43,929 nucleotides of DNA. It comes from Gemmatimonadota bacterium (GTDB lineage Bacteria > Gemmatimonadota > Gemmatimonadetes > Gemmatimonadales > GWC2-71-9). The notes under the pieces were generated by a model, which made no database searches, was not told the DNA's origin, and was given only the letters and a program-made list of their open reading frames with translations. Made by a program: the position numbers and the translations under genes. This document shows positions 24,761-31,857 of this stretch, piece by piece. Position 1 is the stretch's first letter. Each line of letters begins with the position of its first letter. Location: the NCBI GenBank assembly GCA_039588935.1, contig JBDGYW010000002.1:2786-46714 (forward strand), in the 5' to 3' direction.

Positions 24761-25344
24761 TTTGTTGACGCCTCCTTGGCGGGGCGGGAGCCCTTGGAGC
24801 CTGGGCGAGCCCGCCGCACTTTCATCCTCTCAGCCTGGGCAGCCGCAGCATCCTCGACAACTTCCTCTATCCTGGACTTGCCGAGGCCCTCCTCCTCGGT
24901 GGGCAAGGCGGGGGAAGCATCCGAGGACTTACCCGGGAGTAAGCCAATGACTGCATCGACCGCGCCATCAAGGGCCCCGCTGACGACGCCTCCCGTGGCG
25001 AGCCCCCCCACGGGGCCGGCAACGGCTGTGGCGGCTGCGGTGGCAGCGACGCCGAACGTTTTTGACATACCCTCGTCATCACCGTGGGCGACCATTTCAG
25101 CTGAACCATCATCCAGTACAGAAGCTTCGAGGTGGTACAGCCCCTTCCTCACGAAGGATCCGCGCATAGCCGTCATGCCTGGTCTCTCTTCAGTCCGAGT
25201 CCCTTCAGGAGATACTGAAACCGTGGAAGTTGGCACGTGGACGACAGTCCAGGCGCAACCCGGCGCAAGACAAGCAAGGGTCGCCAGAACTAGCCGAAGA
25301 TACGACGGTTTATGCCCCAAAGCGGGCACCCCACAATGTGGCAA
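24757..25344 (-). CDS. Island gene 3: signal-peptide protein with a glycine-zipper-like Ala/Gly segment (start uncertain: 25344, 25329 or 25320)
   Basis: The N-terminus is YLRLVLATLACLAPGCAW. The mid-region is VAATAAATAVAGPVGGLATGGVVSGALDGAVDAVIGLL and the C-terminal tail is charged. The lipobox is not canonical. Confidence 0.5.
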   Translation of the reverse strand: MPHCGVPALGHKPSYLRLVLATLACLAPGCAWTVVHVPTSTVSVSPEGTRTEERPGMTAMRGSFVRKGLYHLEASVLDDGSAEMVAHGDDEGMSKTFGVAATAAATAVAGPVGGLATGGVVSGALDGAVDAVIGLLPGKSSDASPALPTEEEGLGKSRIEEVVEDAAAAQAERMKVRRARPGSKGSRPAKEASTK

Positions 25345-25514
25345 TCACGCGCCTGCGGACGCTCCCAAGCTGAGCATTCCAGGCACTTTAACTCGATTGC
25401 TGCGCGCGACTGAGTATCAGCAACTGTTGCCAACCTCGACCACCTTCGCACCTTCGACGGCGGAGCCTTGGTTTGGTCCAGGGTTGAGAGCGGCTCAAAC
25501 ATTGCTTCTAGCAC
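25290..25514 (-). CDS. Island gene 2: small zinc-finger protein (KCLEC...C....CPLW type)
   Basis: AIELKCLECSAWERPQARDCHIVGCPLWGINRR matches a motif I recognise from many small prophage/plasmid proteins (KCLDC...C....CPLWP-R). The start is GTG 25514 or ATG 25502. Confidence 0.6.
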   Translation of the reverse strand: MLEAMFEPLSTLDQTKAPPSKVRRWSRLATVADTQSRAAIELKCLECSAWERPQARDCHIVGCPLWGINRRIFG

Positions 25515-25554
25515 CTCCAGTCGTTCACCCCTCTCGGTTCACAGTTCAAACTTA

Positions 25555-25716
25555 CTACGGCTGGGTAGCCGGAGCCTCTGCCACAGTTTCAGCGCCAAAT
25601 CCGCTCAGGGCGTCGATCACTTTGTCAGGGACGTCGAGGCCGATTCCGACTGCACCGAGAGCGGCAATCAAGGCAGCCACAGCAATTTTGATGAGAGTTC
25701 TTTTCTTGTCAGGCAT
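25555..25716 (-). CDS. Island gene 1: single-pass membrane peptide (53 aa), below the track cutoff
   Basis: ATG 25716 lies after GGGAGGAG (11-nt spacer). The product is MPDKKRTLIKIAVAALIAALGAVGIGLDVPDKVIDALSGFGAETVAEAPATQP. Confidence 0.5.
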   Translation of the reverse strand: MPDKKRTLIKIAVAALIAALGAVGIGLDVPDKVIDALSGFGAETVAEAPATQP

Positions 25717-25789
25717 AAGGTATAGTTCTCCTCCCTCATTATCTCACTACGGCACTAACCCCAACTGCGCCCACGAGGAAGGTAGGGGT

Positions 25790-25816
25790 GCAACAAAATG
25801 TTGCGGGGCGCAACAA
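25790..25816. promoter_or_regulatory. Palindrome GCAACA-AAA-TGTTGC plus an extra GCAACAA half-site 5 nt downstream
   Basis: Read directly: gcaacaaaatgttgc (25790-25804) and gcaacaa (25810-25816). Confidence 0.5.
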
Positions 25817-25856
25817 CCTGGGCGGACGCCTTTCCTGCCGGAGGCCACGAAGGAGT

Positions 25857-25870
25857 GTGATCAAGATCAC
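25857..25870. promoter_or_regulatory. Perfect palindrome GTGATC-AA-GATCAC
   Basis: Read directly. It shares the GATCAC half-site with operator repeats 2 and 3 at 18910-18950. Confidence 0.5.
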
Positions 25871-25943
25871 TTTCTAAGTCCCTCCGGGGAAGTAGTACTA
25901 CCTATGTATCCCAGGTTTGTCCAGGCACTTGGGCTGCCTGGGT

Positions 25944-26075
25944 TGCATAGGCTGAACCTTAACAAACCAGAACTAAATTAAACAGTTATGGTTGTTAATT
26001 CTGGTTGAAGATTAGAGGAGGTCTTGTAGGCTAGTTAGAACTTACATGAGTTGCTCCAACTGCATAGGCTAACCC
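25944..26075. repeat. Direct repeat TGCATAGGCT(G)AACC, two copies 117 bp apart
   Basis: tgcataggctgaacc (25944-25958) and tgcataggctaaccc (26061-26075). Confidence 0.6.
25965..26006. promoter_or_regulatory. AT-rich inverted repeat AACCAGAA ... TTCTGGTT (8-bp arms, 26-nt AT-rich interior with a partial inner dyad)
   Basis: The arms are 25965-25972 and 25999-26006. By eye this is the most AT-rich stretch of the window. Confidence 0.5.
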
Positions 26076-26119
26076 GGGTGGTCCGGAGCTTGGTTGCCGT
26101 AGTTGGATAATGAGAAGGG

Positions 26120-26623
26120 ATGTCCATTGACATGACGAGACAGCACTTTGACTATGATCTTGAGAACACTTTGGCTGCTTCGGTTCAAGTGGGCAATGAT
26201 GGTGGTTCAGCCGAAGCTACCAAAGCTCTGTGGCAGTATGCCTACGACACTGAGATCCACCAGAAGTTGGTGAGGTCTTGGTTGCGTAAGCAGAGGAAGG
26301 GTTCAACAGAGCATCTTCACTACGATGAGTTGGACAGTGAGGCCTTGCTCGCCATAAGGCCCACCATCCCCAAGTTCAAGCCCCACATGGGTTCTCTCTA
26401 CAGGTTCTGTCGGCTCCCTGTTCACAATGCTCTGGACATCTACAGGGGGAGGTCAAGGGCTCCGGTTCAGCTGGGCCAGAAGACTGCCCGCTCTCTTGGT
26501 AATGATCTCCACGGGGAGGAGTGGCATGAGCAAGCTGACAAAAACCCCGACGAGCAAGACAGTGAGTCTTTGTATGAACCCCGCTTGGATACCATTGCTG
26601 ATACTAATGGGGAGAACATCTGA
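26120..26623 (+). CDS. Sigma-70 region-2-like protein lacking a recognisable region 4 (167 aa)
   Basis: GSAEATKALWQYAY...LVRSWL...DELDSEALLAIRPTIPKFKPHMGSLYRFCRLPVHNALDIYRGRSR follows the ECF sigma region 2 pattern. The C-terminus is acidic and unstructured-looking. The DNA has lower GC and the SD spacing is poor. Confidence 0.35.
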   Translation: MSIDMTRQHFDYDLENTLAASVQVGNDGGSAEATKALWQYAYDTEIHQKLVRSWLRKQRKGSTEHLHYDELDSEALLAIRPTIPKFKPHMGSLYRFCRLPVHNALDIYRGRSRAPVQLGQKTARSLGNDLHGEEWHEQADKNPDEQDSESLYEPRLDTIADTNGENI

Positions 26624-27036
26624 TGACTGACGCCGACGACCTGGCGAGGGTGGAGGCTGAAATCAAGATGCTGGTGGAGATGATGTGGTGGGCTTCGCAA
26701 AGGTCAACTGTCCGCCCTAGCGACTGGAAAAGGGATGCGGCTATTGCCCTTCGCCACCAACGAGCCGAGGGGCTAGATCAAGCTGCTGAGATTGCTGACG
26801 CCAACTACGAAACACCACCCAGCGTTGGGATAGCTATTCGCCGTATTGCCGCCGCCCTCGAAGCTGGCGGGGAGAAGGGGAGGCGGGAGGGGCTGGATCG
26901 CTGCAAAGCAATACCTATCCCAGTGGGGCATGGAGGACCGGGGGCGAGCGACAGAGCCTATCGACAGGCATGGTCTGACTACGCCGCAGCCATCCGTGCG
27001 CTGGACGAGGGAGGGGGCGAGGATGGGAATGACTGA
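26623..27036 (+). CDS. Hypothetical protein (137 aa)
   Basis: TGATG overlap with the previous gene. Confidence 0.6.
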   Translation: MTDADDLARVEAEIKMLVEMMWWASQRSTVRPSDWKRDAAIALRHQRAEGLDQAAEIADANYETPPSVGIAIRRIAAALEAGGEKGRREGLDRCKAIPIPVGHGGPGASDRAYRQAWSDYAAAIRALDEGGGEDGND

Positions 27037-27454
27037 AGGTAGCTGCGACCCCAATAGCTACGTTGGGCAGCTCAACAGTCGCATCACCGACCTTGAGCGC
27101 CAGCTTGCCGAGGCAACACGTAAACTCGACTACTACCGAGAGACTCTGGACGAGCTGGCCGGGGTGGTCGCACACGAGATCGGCCACGTGAAGGGTGACA
27201 TGATGGATAAGCTCGCCGAGGCGAAGGCCGATGGGGAGAGGCTGGACTGGCTGTTGGAGCAAGCAAGCAAGTACAACGGTGGCATCTACGCCATTCACAA
27301 TCTTCACACGGGATACTTCATCTCTGCCGAGATCCACGGCGGCTATATTCACGGCGAAGAGAAGGTGACAGACATGCGACTGGCCCAGAGCGGAAGGGAT
27401 GGCTCATTCCGCCAAGCCATCGACCAAGCCAGAGGAGCCGACGATGCCGAGTGA
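27023..27454 (+). CDS. Hypothetical coiled-coil protein (about 142 aa; start 27023 or 27029)
   Basis: Starts MGMTEGSCDPNSYVGQLNSRITDLERQLAEA. The track start at 26846 is rejected because it overlaps the previous gene. Confidence 0.6.
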   Translation: MGMTEGSCDPNSYVGQLNSRITDLERQLAEATRKLDYYRETLDELAGVVAHEIGHVKGDMMDKLAEAKADGERLDWLLEQASKYNGGIYAIHNLHTGYFISAEIHGGYIHGEEKVTDMRLAQSGRDGSFRQAIDQARGADDAE

Positions 27455-27698
27455 AACCACCGAACCTGGGTATGAGATTTTTCTGGATACAATGGCGTCG
27501 GTTGTATGGCTGGAAACGCTTCGTCGAGATCAAGGAGACCGACGGAAGTGGGCTCCTGCTTGGATCAGGTCAGGAAATCCCTACACAACGGCGGCGGCCC
27601 AATTGCGTGCCAAAGAGCTAGAAAAAGAAGGTGTAAAGGTTCGCACTGTTCCTTTGTTCATTATCAAACGGGGCTTCCAGCACCGAATCAAATACTGA
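27444..27698 (+). CDS. Hypothetical protein (84 aa)
   Basis: ATG 27444 lies 6 nt after AGAGGAG. Confidence 0.6.
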   Translation: MPSETTEPGYEIFLDTMASVVWLETLRRDQGDRRKWAPAWIRSGNPYTTAAAQLRAKELEKEGVKVRTVPLFIIKRGFQHRIKY

Positions 27699-27722
27699 TC
27701 AACCAAGGAGGCAACACCAAAC

Positions 27723-28352
27723 ATGCCGAGTGACAAGAAGAATGAAGAGTACGTGACGCCCATTGGGACGTTGAACTATCCCTACTTGCAGGTCCCAAGG
27801 GGGTACAAAGGTGACACCACCAAGCTGTCCTACGATACCCAGCTGATCCTGGAGGGTGCCGCAGCCGCAGAGTTTCATGCACTCCTCGACGACCTCATGC
27901 AGAAGGCTGAGCAGGAGTTCCCCGGCATCCCGACCGACGCGACTCCCATCGCTCCGGTGATCGACGCCGACAAAAACGTGGTGGAGGGAAAGACAGCGTT
28001 CAAGTTCCGGGTGCCGGCAACCAGCGAGACCAAGAACGGCGTCTGGGACCGGAAGCCGGTGATTGTGGATGCCAACGGAGACATCTCCGAGGCGCTCATG
28101 AACAACGAGGTCCGCATCGGACCCGGCACCAAGGCCCGCATCTCCTTCATGGCCTACCTTCGGAAGAACCGAGGGGCGGCCGGAGTGACACTTCAGCCTG
28201 TTGGTGTCCAGGTGGTGGAGTTGAACAAGCTCCAGAGAAGCACAGAGAGTCTGGGGTTCGGAAAAGTGGAGGGAAAATTCAAAGGCTCCGAAGATGGGAG
28301 TGGGAAAACCGACGGCGATGAGCCCGCACCCAAAGGCGACATCCCCTTCTGA
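27723..28352 (+). CDS. T7 gp2.5-like single-stranded DNA-binding protein (DUF2815-type)
   Basis: The N-terminus is TPIGTLNYPYLQVPRGY. The C-terminal tail is acidic and ends in DIPF. The gene lies at the head of the replisome block next to endonuclease I. Confidence 0.6.
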   Translation: MPSDKKNEEYVTPIGTLNYPYLQVPRGYKGDTTKLSYDTQLILEGAAAAEFHALLDDLMQKAEQEFPGIPTDATPIAPVIDADKNVVEGKTAFKFRVPATSETKNGVWDRKPVIVDANGDISEALMNNEVRIGPGTKARISFMAYLRKNRGAAGVTLQPVGVQVVELNKLQRSTESLGFGKVEGKFKGSEDGSGKTDGDEPAPKGDIPF

Positions 28353-28747
28353 TGGCCTACCCTCGCGGACAACCAACCATCATTGATGGTGTTCGCTACC
28401 GCAGCAAGGGCGAAGCGTCAGTGGCTGAGGATTTGACGCGCCGCGGCGTAAAGTTCGAGTACGAGTCCGAGCGGATTTTCTATGCAATTCCAGCTACTTA
28501 CGTCACTGACTTCACTATTCCTGAAGAGGAATCATGCACGGGCCAGCCGATCTACGTGGAGTACAAGGGGTGGTTCCGGCCGGAGGACAAGAGGAAGCTG
28601 TTGGCGGTGAAGGCTGAGAATCCAGGCATGGACCTTCGGTTGTTGTTTCAGCGGAGCAACCCACGCAACGCTCAGTGGTGTAACCGCCATGGCTTCAAGT
28701 GCGCCCTTCAACACGTGCCGCCCAGCTGGCTTAAGGAGAACAAGTGA
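28352..28747 (+). CDS. Endonuclease I (T7 gp3-like Holliday-junction resolvase)
   Basis: RGVKFEYE...YVTDF...VEYKG...EDKRKLLAVKAENPGMDLRLLF...CNRHGFKCA..VPPSW parallels T7 endonuclease I almost block for block. Confidence 0.9.
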   Translation: MAYPRGQPTIIDGVRYRSKGEASVAEDLTRRGVKFEYESERIFYAIPATYVTDFTIPEEESCTGQPIYVEYKGWFRPEDKRKLLAVKAENPGMDLRLLFQRSNPRNAQWCNRHGFKCALQHVPPSWLKENK

Positions 28748-29271
28748 ACGGAGACAAACGAGTCTGGATTAGTAACAAGCGGGCTGTGTACCTGCCCGCC
28801 CTCGTGGAGCGGGTAGAGCTGAGCCTCCTCCCGGGTGTACTACACGTCCCCCGCATGCGTGATGCGTGCTGGTTATGGCTTGGCGACATTTCCGGCAACT
28901 CGGGCTACGGTCAAGTAGAGTACCGTGTCAACGGGAGTGAGAACGTGTGCTGCAAGATGGGAGTACACGTTTTGATGTTGCGCCATCACAAGCTGGACGA
29001 CTGCGCTCTCCCCGGTGACCTCCAGGCCAACCACAAGTGCGAGGTCCGCAGCTGCGGTAACCCCCGCCACCTCTACGCCGGTAACCCGTCCACCAACATG
29101 GAGGATCTTTGGACACGTGGGGCTGCCATTGACCAAGGACTCCTAGCTGCGGAGGTGGAGGCTCAGATTTCACTGCGCAAGGCAATGTGCAAACCAATCC
29201 CCAAGTACTTCCGCACCCAGGCAAAGCGCCTGGGGATGGGAAGCATCTTGGACAACTATGCGGGAGTTTGA
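28744..29271 (+). CDS. Free-standing HNH homing endonuclease
   Basis: CWLWLGDISGNSGYGQV...ANHKCEVRSCGNPRHLYAGNPSTNMED. GTG 28744 overlaps the endonuclease I stop. Confidence 0.8.
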   Translation: MNGDKRVWISNKRAVYLPALVERVELSLLPGVLHVPRMRDACWLWLGDISGNSGYGQVEYRVNGSENVCCKMGVHVLMLRHHKLDDCALPGDLQANHKCEVRSCGNPRHLYAGNPSTNMEDLWTRGAAIDQGLLAAEVEAQISLRKAMCKPIPKYFRTQAKRLGMGSILDNYAGV

Positions 29272-29278
29272 TAACACC

Positions 29279-29638
29279 ATGACCCGACAAGAACGATATT
29301 TCACCTTCTTCCTCTTCGTAATTCTGGCCATCATCGTGGTCGGCGCATTCATCACTCGCCCTGCGGCAGCCGAAACCGCCGGCCGCGACATCATTCGCTG
29401 CATGCCGAAGTCGGTGTGCCTGCCGGAGGTTCATGGGACAACGACCGTCTTCATCGAAGCGGCCAACGTAATCGAACGGGCTGATTCCATCAGGGCTCAG
29501 TGTCTTCTGATCGCCGCCACCATTCACACCGAGTCTGGGCGTGGTCGGTTGGGGCGTGGCGCTTTGGTGGATCCGTTTGAGGATCCGCAGTTCAAGCACA
29601 CCGTCAACCGTTGCATCGCCCAATTCCCAAAGGAGTAG
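29279..29638 (+). CDS. Membrane-anchored hypothetical protein (119 aa)
   Basis: ATG 29279. The N-terminal TM is YFTFFLFVILAIIVVGAFI. Confidence 0.5.
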   Translation: MTRQERYFTFFLFVILAIIVVGAFITRPAAAETAGRDIIRCMPKSVCLPEVHGTTTVFIEAANVIERADSIRAQCLLIAATIHTESGRGRLGRGALVDPFEDPQFKHTVNRCIAQFPKE

Positions 29639-29640
29639 CA

Positions 29641-29883
29641 ATGGATAGCGCACCCGAACTCCGGGGGTTTGTGGCTCCTGGAACTCCTCCTCTCGGCGTC
29701 CGCTTGGATCGTATGTGGATACTCCTCAATCGGCTTTTGGAGCGCCATCGTCGGTTCGGAAAGTGTGGCTGTGGGAGGCCGAAGGATCAGGCCGACCACA
29801 AATCCTGCTCTGACTGTGCCGCCGGAGAGCGCACCCACGCCCGTGGGAAACGCCTGCGCGCAGAGAAGGGGCTTGAGACATGA
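29641..29883 (+). CDS. Small Cys-rich basic protein (80 aa)
   Basis: ATG 29641 lies 5 nt after AAGGAG. Contains CGCGRPKDQADHKSCSDC. Confidence 0.6.
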   Translation: MDSAPELRGFVAPGTPPLGVRLDRMWILLNRLLERHRRFGKCGCGRPKDQADHKSCSDCAAGERTHARGKRLRAEKGLET

Positions 29884-30254
29884 CCACAAGCACCCGCCCC
29901 ACCAAGATGCGGAGGCTTCGTCCGAATGCCGACAGAGAGGCGGCCATCAGTGCTCTAGAAGACAGCGGTGTCTGCCAAGAGGGGCTTGACTGGGTAATGA
30001 GTGATTTCACTGACTCTTCCACCGCTCTGGACATCTGGCGTGGAACGCGGAACCCATTTTGGATGAACTTCTTCCTGAACATGTTGGGGAATGAGAATGC
30101 AGAAGCTGTTCAACTTTTGATTGGACCGCCAACGGACAAAGACGCGTTCCGAGCAAAGCATCCGAAGCCCCGTGTTCAGGCGAGGTGGGATGCGTTGTGT
30201 CTGAGAATCAGGCGTCTGGTTCCAAACCCGTTTCTGGTTTCAGTAAGTGGGTGA
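29880..30254 (+). CDS. Hypothetical protein (124 aa)
   Basis: ATGA overlap with the previous gene. Confidence 0.6.
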   Translation: MTTSTRPTKMRRLRPNADREAAISALEDSGVCQEGLDWVMSDFTDSSTALDIWRGTRNPFWMNFFLNMLGNENAEAVQLLIGPPTDKDAFRAKHPKPRVQARWDALCLRIRRLVPNPFLVSVSG

Positions 30255-31857
30255 GTTCATCAAGCATGAGCCCTGTCCGGAATGTGGGTCCAGGGACAAC
30301 CTTGCCCGGTATGACAATGGCAGCGGGTGGTGTTGGGGGTGCAAGACATACTTTGCACCGAGCGACAAGCCAACAAACCGGGTTTACGCAGTAGAACCAC
30401 GTGAGCTGCGCGAAGGCATCTTCGACAGCATACCCAACCGCAGCCTCACTGAAGCAACCTGTCGCAAGTTTGGTTACCACACCGACGCAGGCAGGACGTG
30501 GCAAGCCGCAGACTACTACAACTCCTCTGGCGCGCGGGTAGCGCAGAAGGTTCGCAAGTCCGGCAAGAAATTCTCATGGGTCGGTGATCCGTCTGACACG
30601 GTTCTGTTCGGCCAGCAACTGTGGAAGCCGACACGCAGAGTGGTCGTCACCGAGGGAGAGATTGACGCCATGTCTGTGGCGCAGGCCCAGGGGCTTAGGT
30701 GGCCGGTGGTGTCCGTGCCGAACGGGGCGTCTGGGGCGAAGCAGGCATTCGTCAAGAATCTGGAGTGGCTGGAGCAGTTTGAGGCTGTGGTGATCCTCTT
30801 CGACCAGGATGAGCCTGGTGAGATTGCCGCTGTCGAGTGCGCGGAGGTGCTCACTCCGGGCAAGGCCCACATTGGTCGCATGCCTCGGAAGGACGCCAAC
30901 GAGATGTTGGTGGCTGGCGAGGTGCGCGAGCTTGTGGACGTGTGCTGGCAGGCCGCTCCTTACCGTCCCGACGGTATCGTAGCTGGAGTGGACTTGATTG
31001 AGCGTGTGTTGGCTCCACCTCCCCCCTCTATTGACTATCCGTGGGTTGGGCTCAACTCCTACCTTCGCGGCCAACGCACTGAAGAGATCACGTGTTGGTG
31101 TGGGGGCACGGGCGCAGGCAAGAGTCAGTTGGTGCGGGAGATCGCGTTCAGCCTTCACCAGAAGGGGGTATCCGTTGGAGTAATTGCTCTTGAGGAGTCG
31201 GTGCGCAAGGCAGCTCTCTCTCAGGTAAGCTTGGCTATGAACGAGAAGCTCCATGACCCGGAGGTGCGAGCCAAGATCAACGACGGTGCCATTCGCCGGG
31301 CGGCGGGAGAAGTGTTGGACGGCATGTACTTCTATGACCACTTTGGGTCTGTGGAGGCGGACGTCCTGATACCGAAGATCCGGTACATGGTGAAGGCGCT
31401 GGAGGTGGAGTGGGTGATCCTCGATCACGTCAGCATCATGGTGTCGGAAATGGCAGCCCAGGGTGACGAGCGGAAGCGCCTCGACGAACTCATGACCAAA
31501 TTACGAACCACCGTACAGGAGTCCAGCTTTGGAATGCACATCGTGGCCCACCTCCGTAAGGCCGGAGGTACACCTCACGAAGAGGGTGGGCGTATCACAC
31601 TCGACGACCTTCGTGGCTCTGGGGCGCTCAAGCAAATCTCTGACAATATCGTTGCTGCTGAGAGAGACCAACAGGCCCAGGACGAGAGTGTCCGCAACAC
31701 AACCACGCTCCGGGTGCTGAAGTGTCGGGAGTTTGGTGACACCGGGACAGCTGCGGCAGTCCGGTACTCAAAGACAACTGGCCGCATCACGGAGCATTAC
31801 CTCGATTCCCTTGGTGGGAACGATGAAGAGAAGAAGAAGAAGGAGATTCCGTTCTAA
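30247..31857 (+). CDS. Bifunctional DNA primase-helicase (T7 gp4-like)
   Basis: It has a zinc finger (CPECGSRDN...CWGCKTY) and TOPRIM motifs (VVVTEGEIDAMS, ILFDQDEPG). DnaB-type Walker A (GGTGAGKSQ) and Walker B (VILDHVS) are present. The C-terminus ends KKKKEIPF. The start is GTG 30247. Confidence 0.9.
   Translation: MGEFIKHEPCPECGSRDNLARYDNGSGWCWGCKTYFAPSDKPTNRVYAVEPRELREGIFDSIPNRSLTEATCRKFGYHTDAGRTWQAADYYNSSGARVAQKVRKSGKKFSWVGDPSDTVLFGQQLWKPTRRVVVTEGEIDAMSVAQAQGLRWPVVSVPNGASGAKQAFVKNLEWLEQFEAVVILFDQDEPGEIAAVECAEVLTPGKAHIGRMPRKDANEMLVAGEVRELVDVCWQAAPYRPDGIVAGVDLIERVLAPPPPSIDYPWVGLNSYLRGQRTEEITCWCGGTGAGKSQLVREIAFSLHQKGVSVGVIALEESVRKAALSQVSLAMNEKLHDPEVRAKINDGAIRRAAGEVLDGMYFYDHFGSVEADVLIPKIRYMVKALEVEWVILDHVSIMVSEMAAQGDERKRLDELMTKLRTTVQESSFGMHIVAHLRKAGGTPHEEGGRITLDDLRGSGALKQISDNIVAAERDQQAQDESVRNTTTLRVLKCREFGDTGTAAAVRYSKTTGRITEHYLDSLGGNDEEKKKKEIPF

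Noticed and set aside
27023-27454. HEIGH (HExxH) motif suggesting a zinc protease
   Set aside because: The motif sits inside a predicted coiled-coil context of a 142-aa protein, with no third ligand or Met-turn I can identify. It is most likely coincidental.
29279-29638. Possible lytic transglycosylase (IHTESGRGRLGRGAL resembles an SLT E-S motif) with an N-terminal anchor
   Set aside because: The similarity is limited to a few residues, the domain is too short, and the gene sits in the early/replication arm. This is too weak to call.
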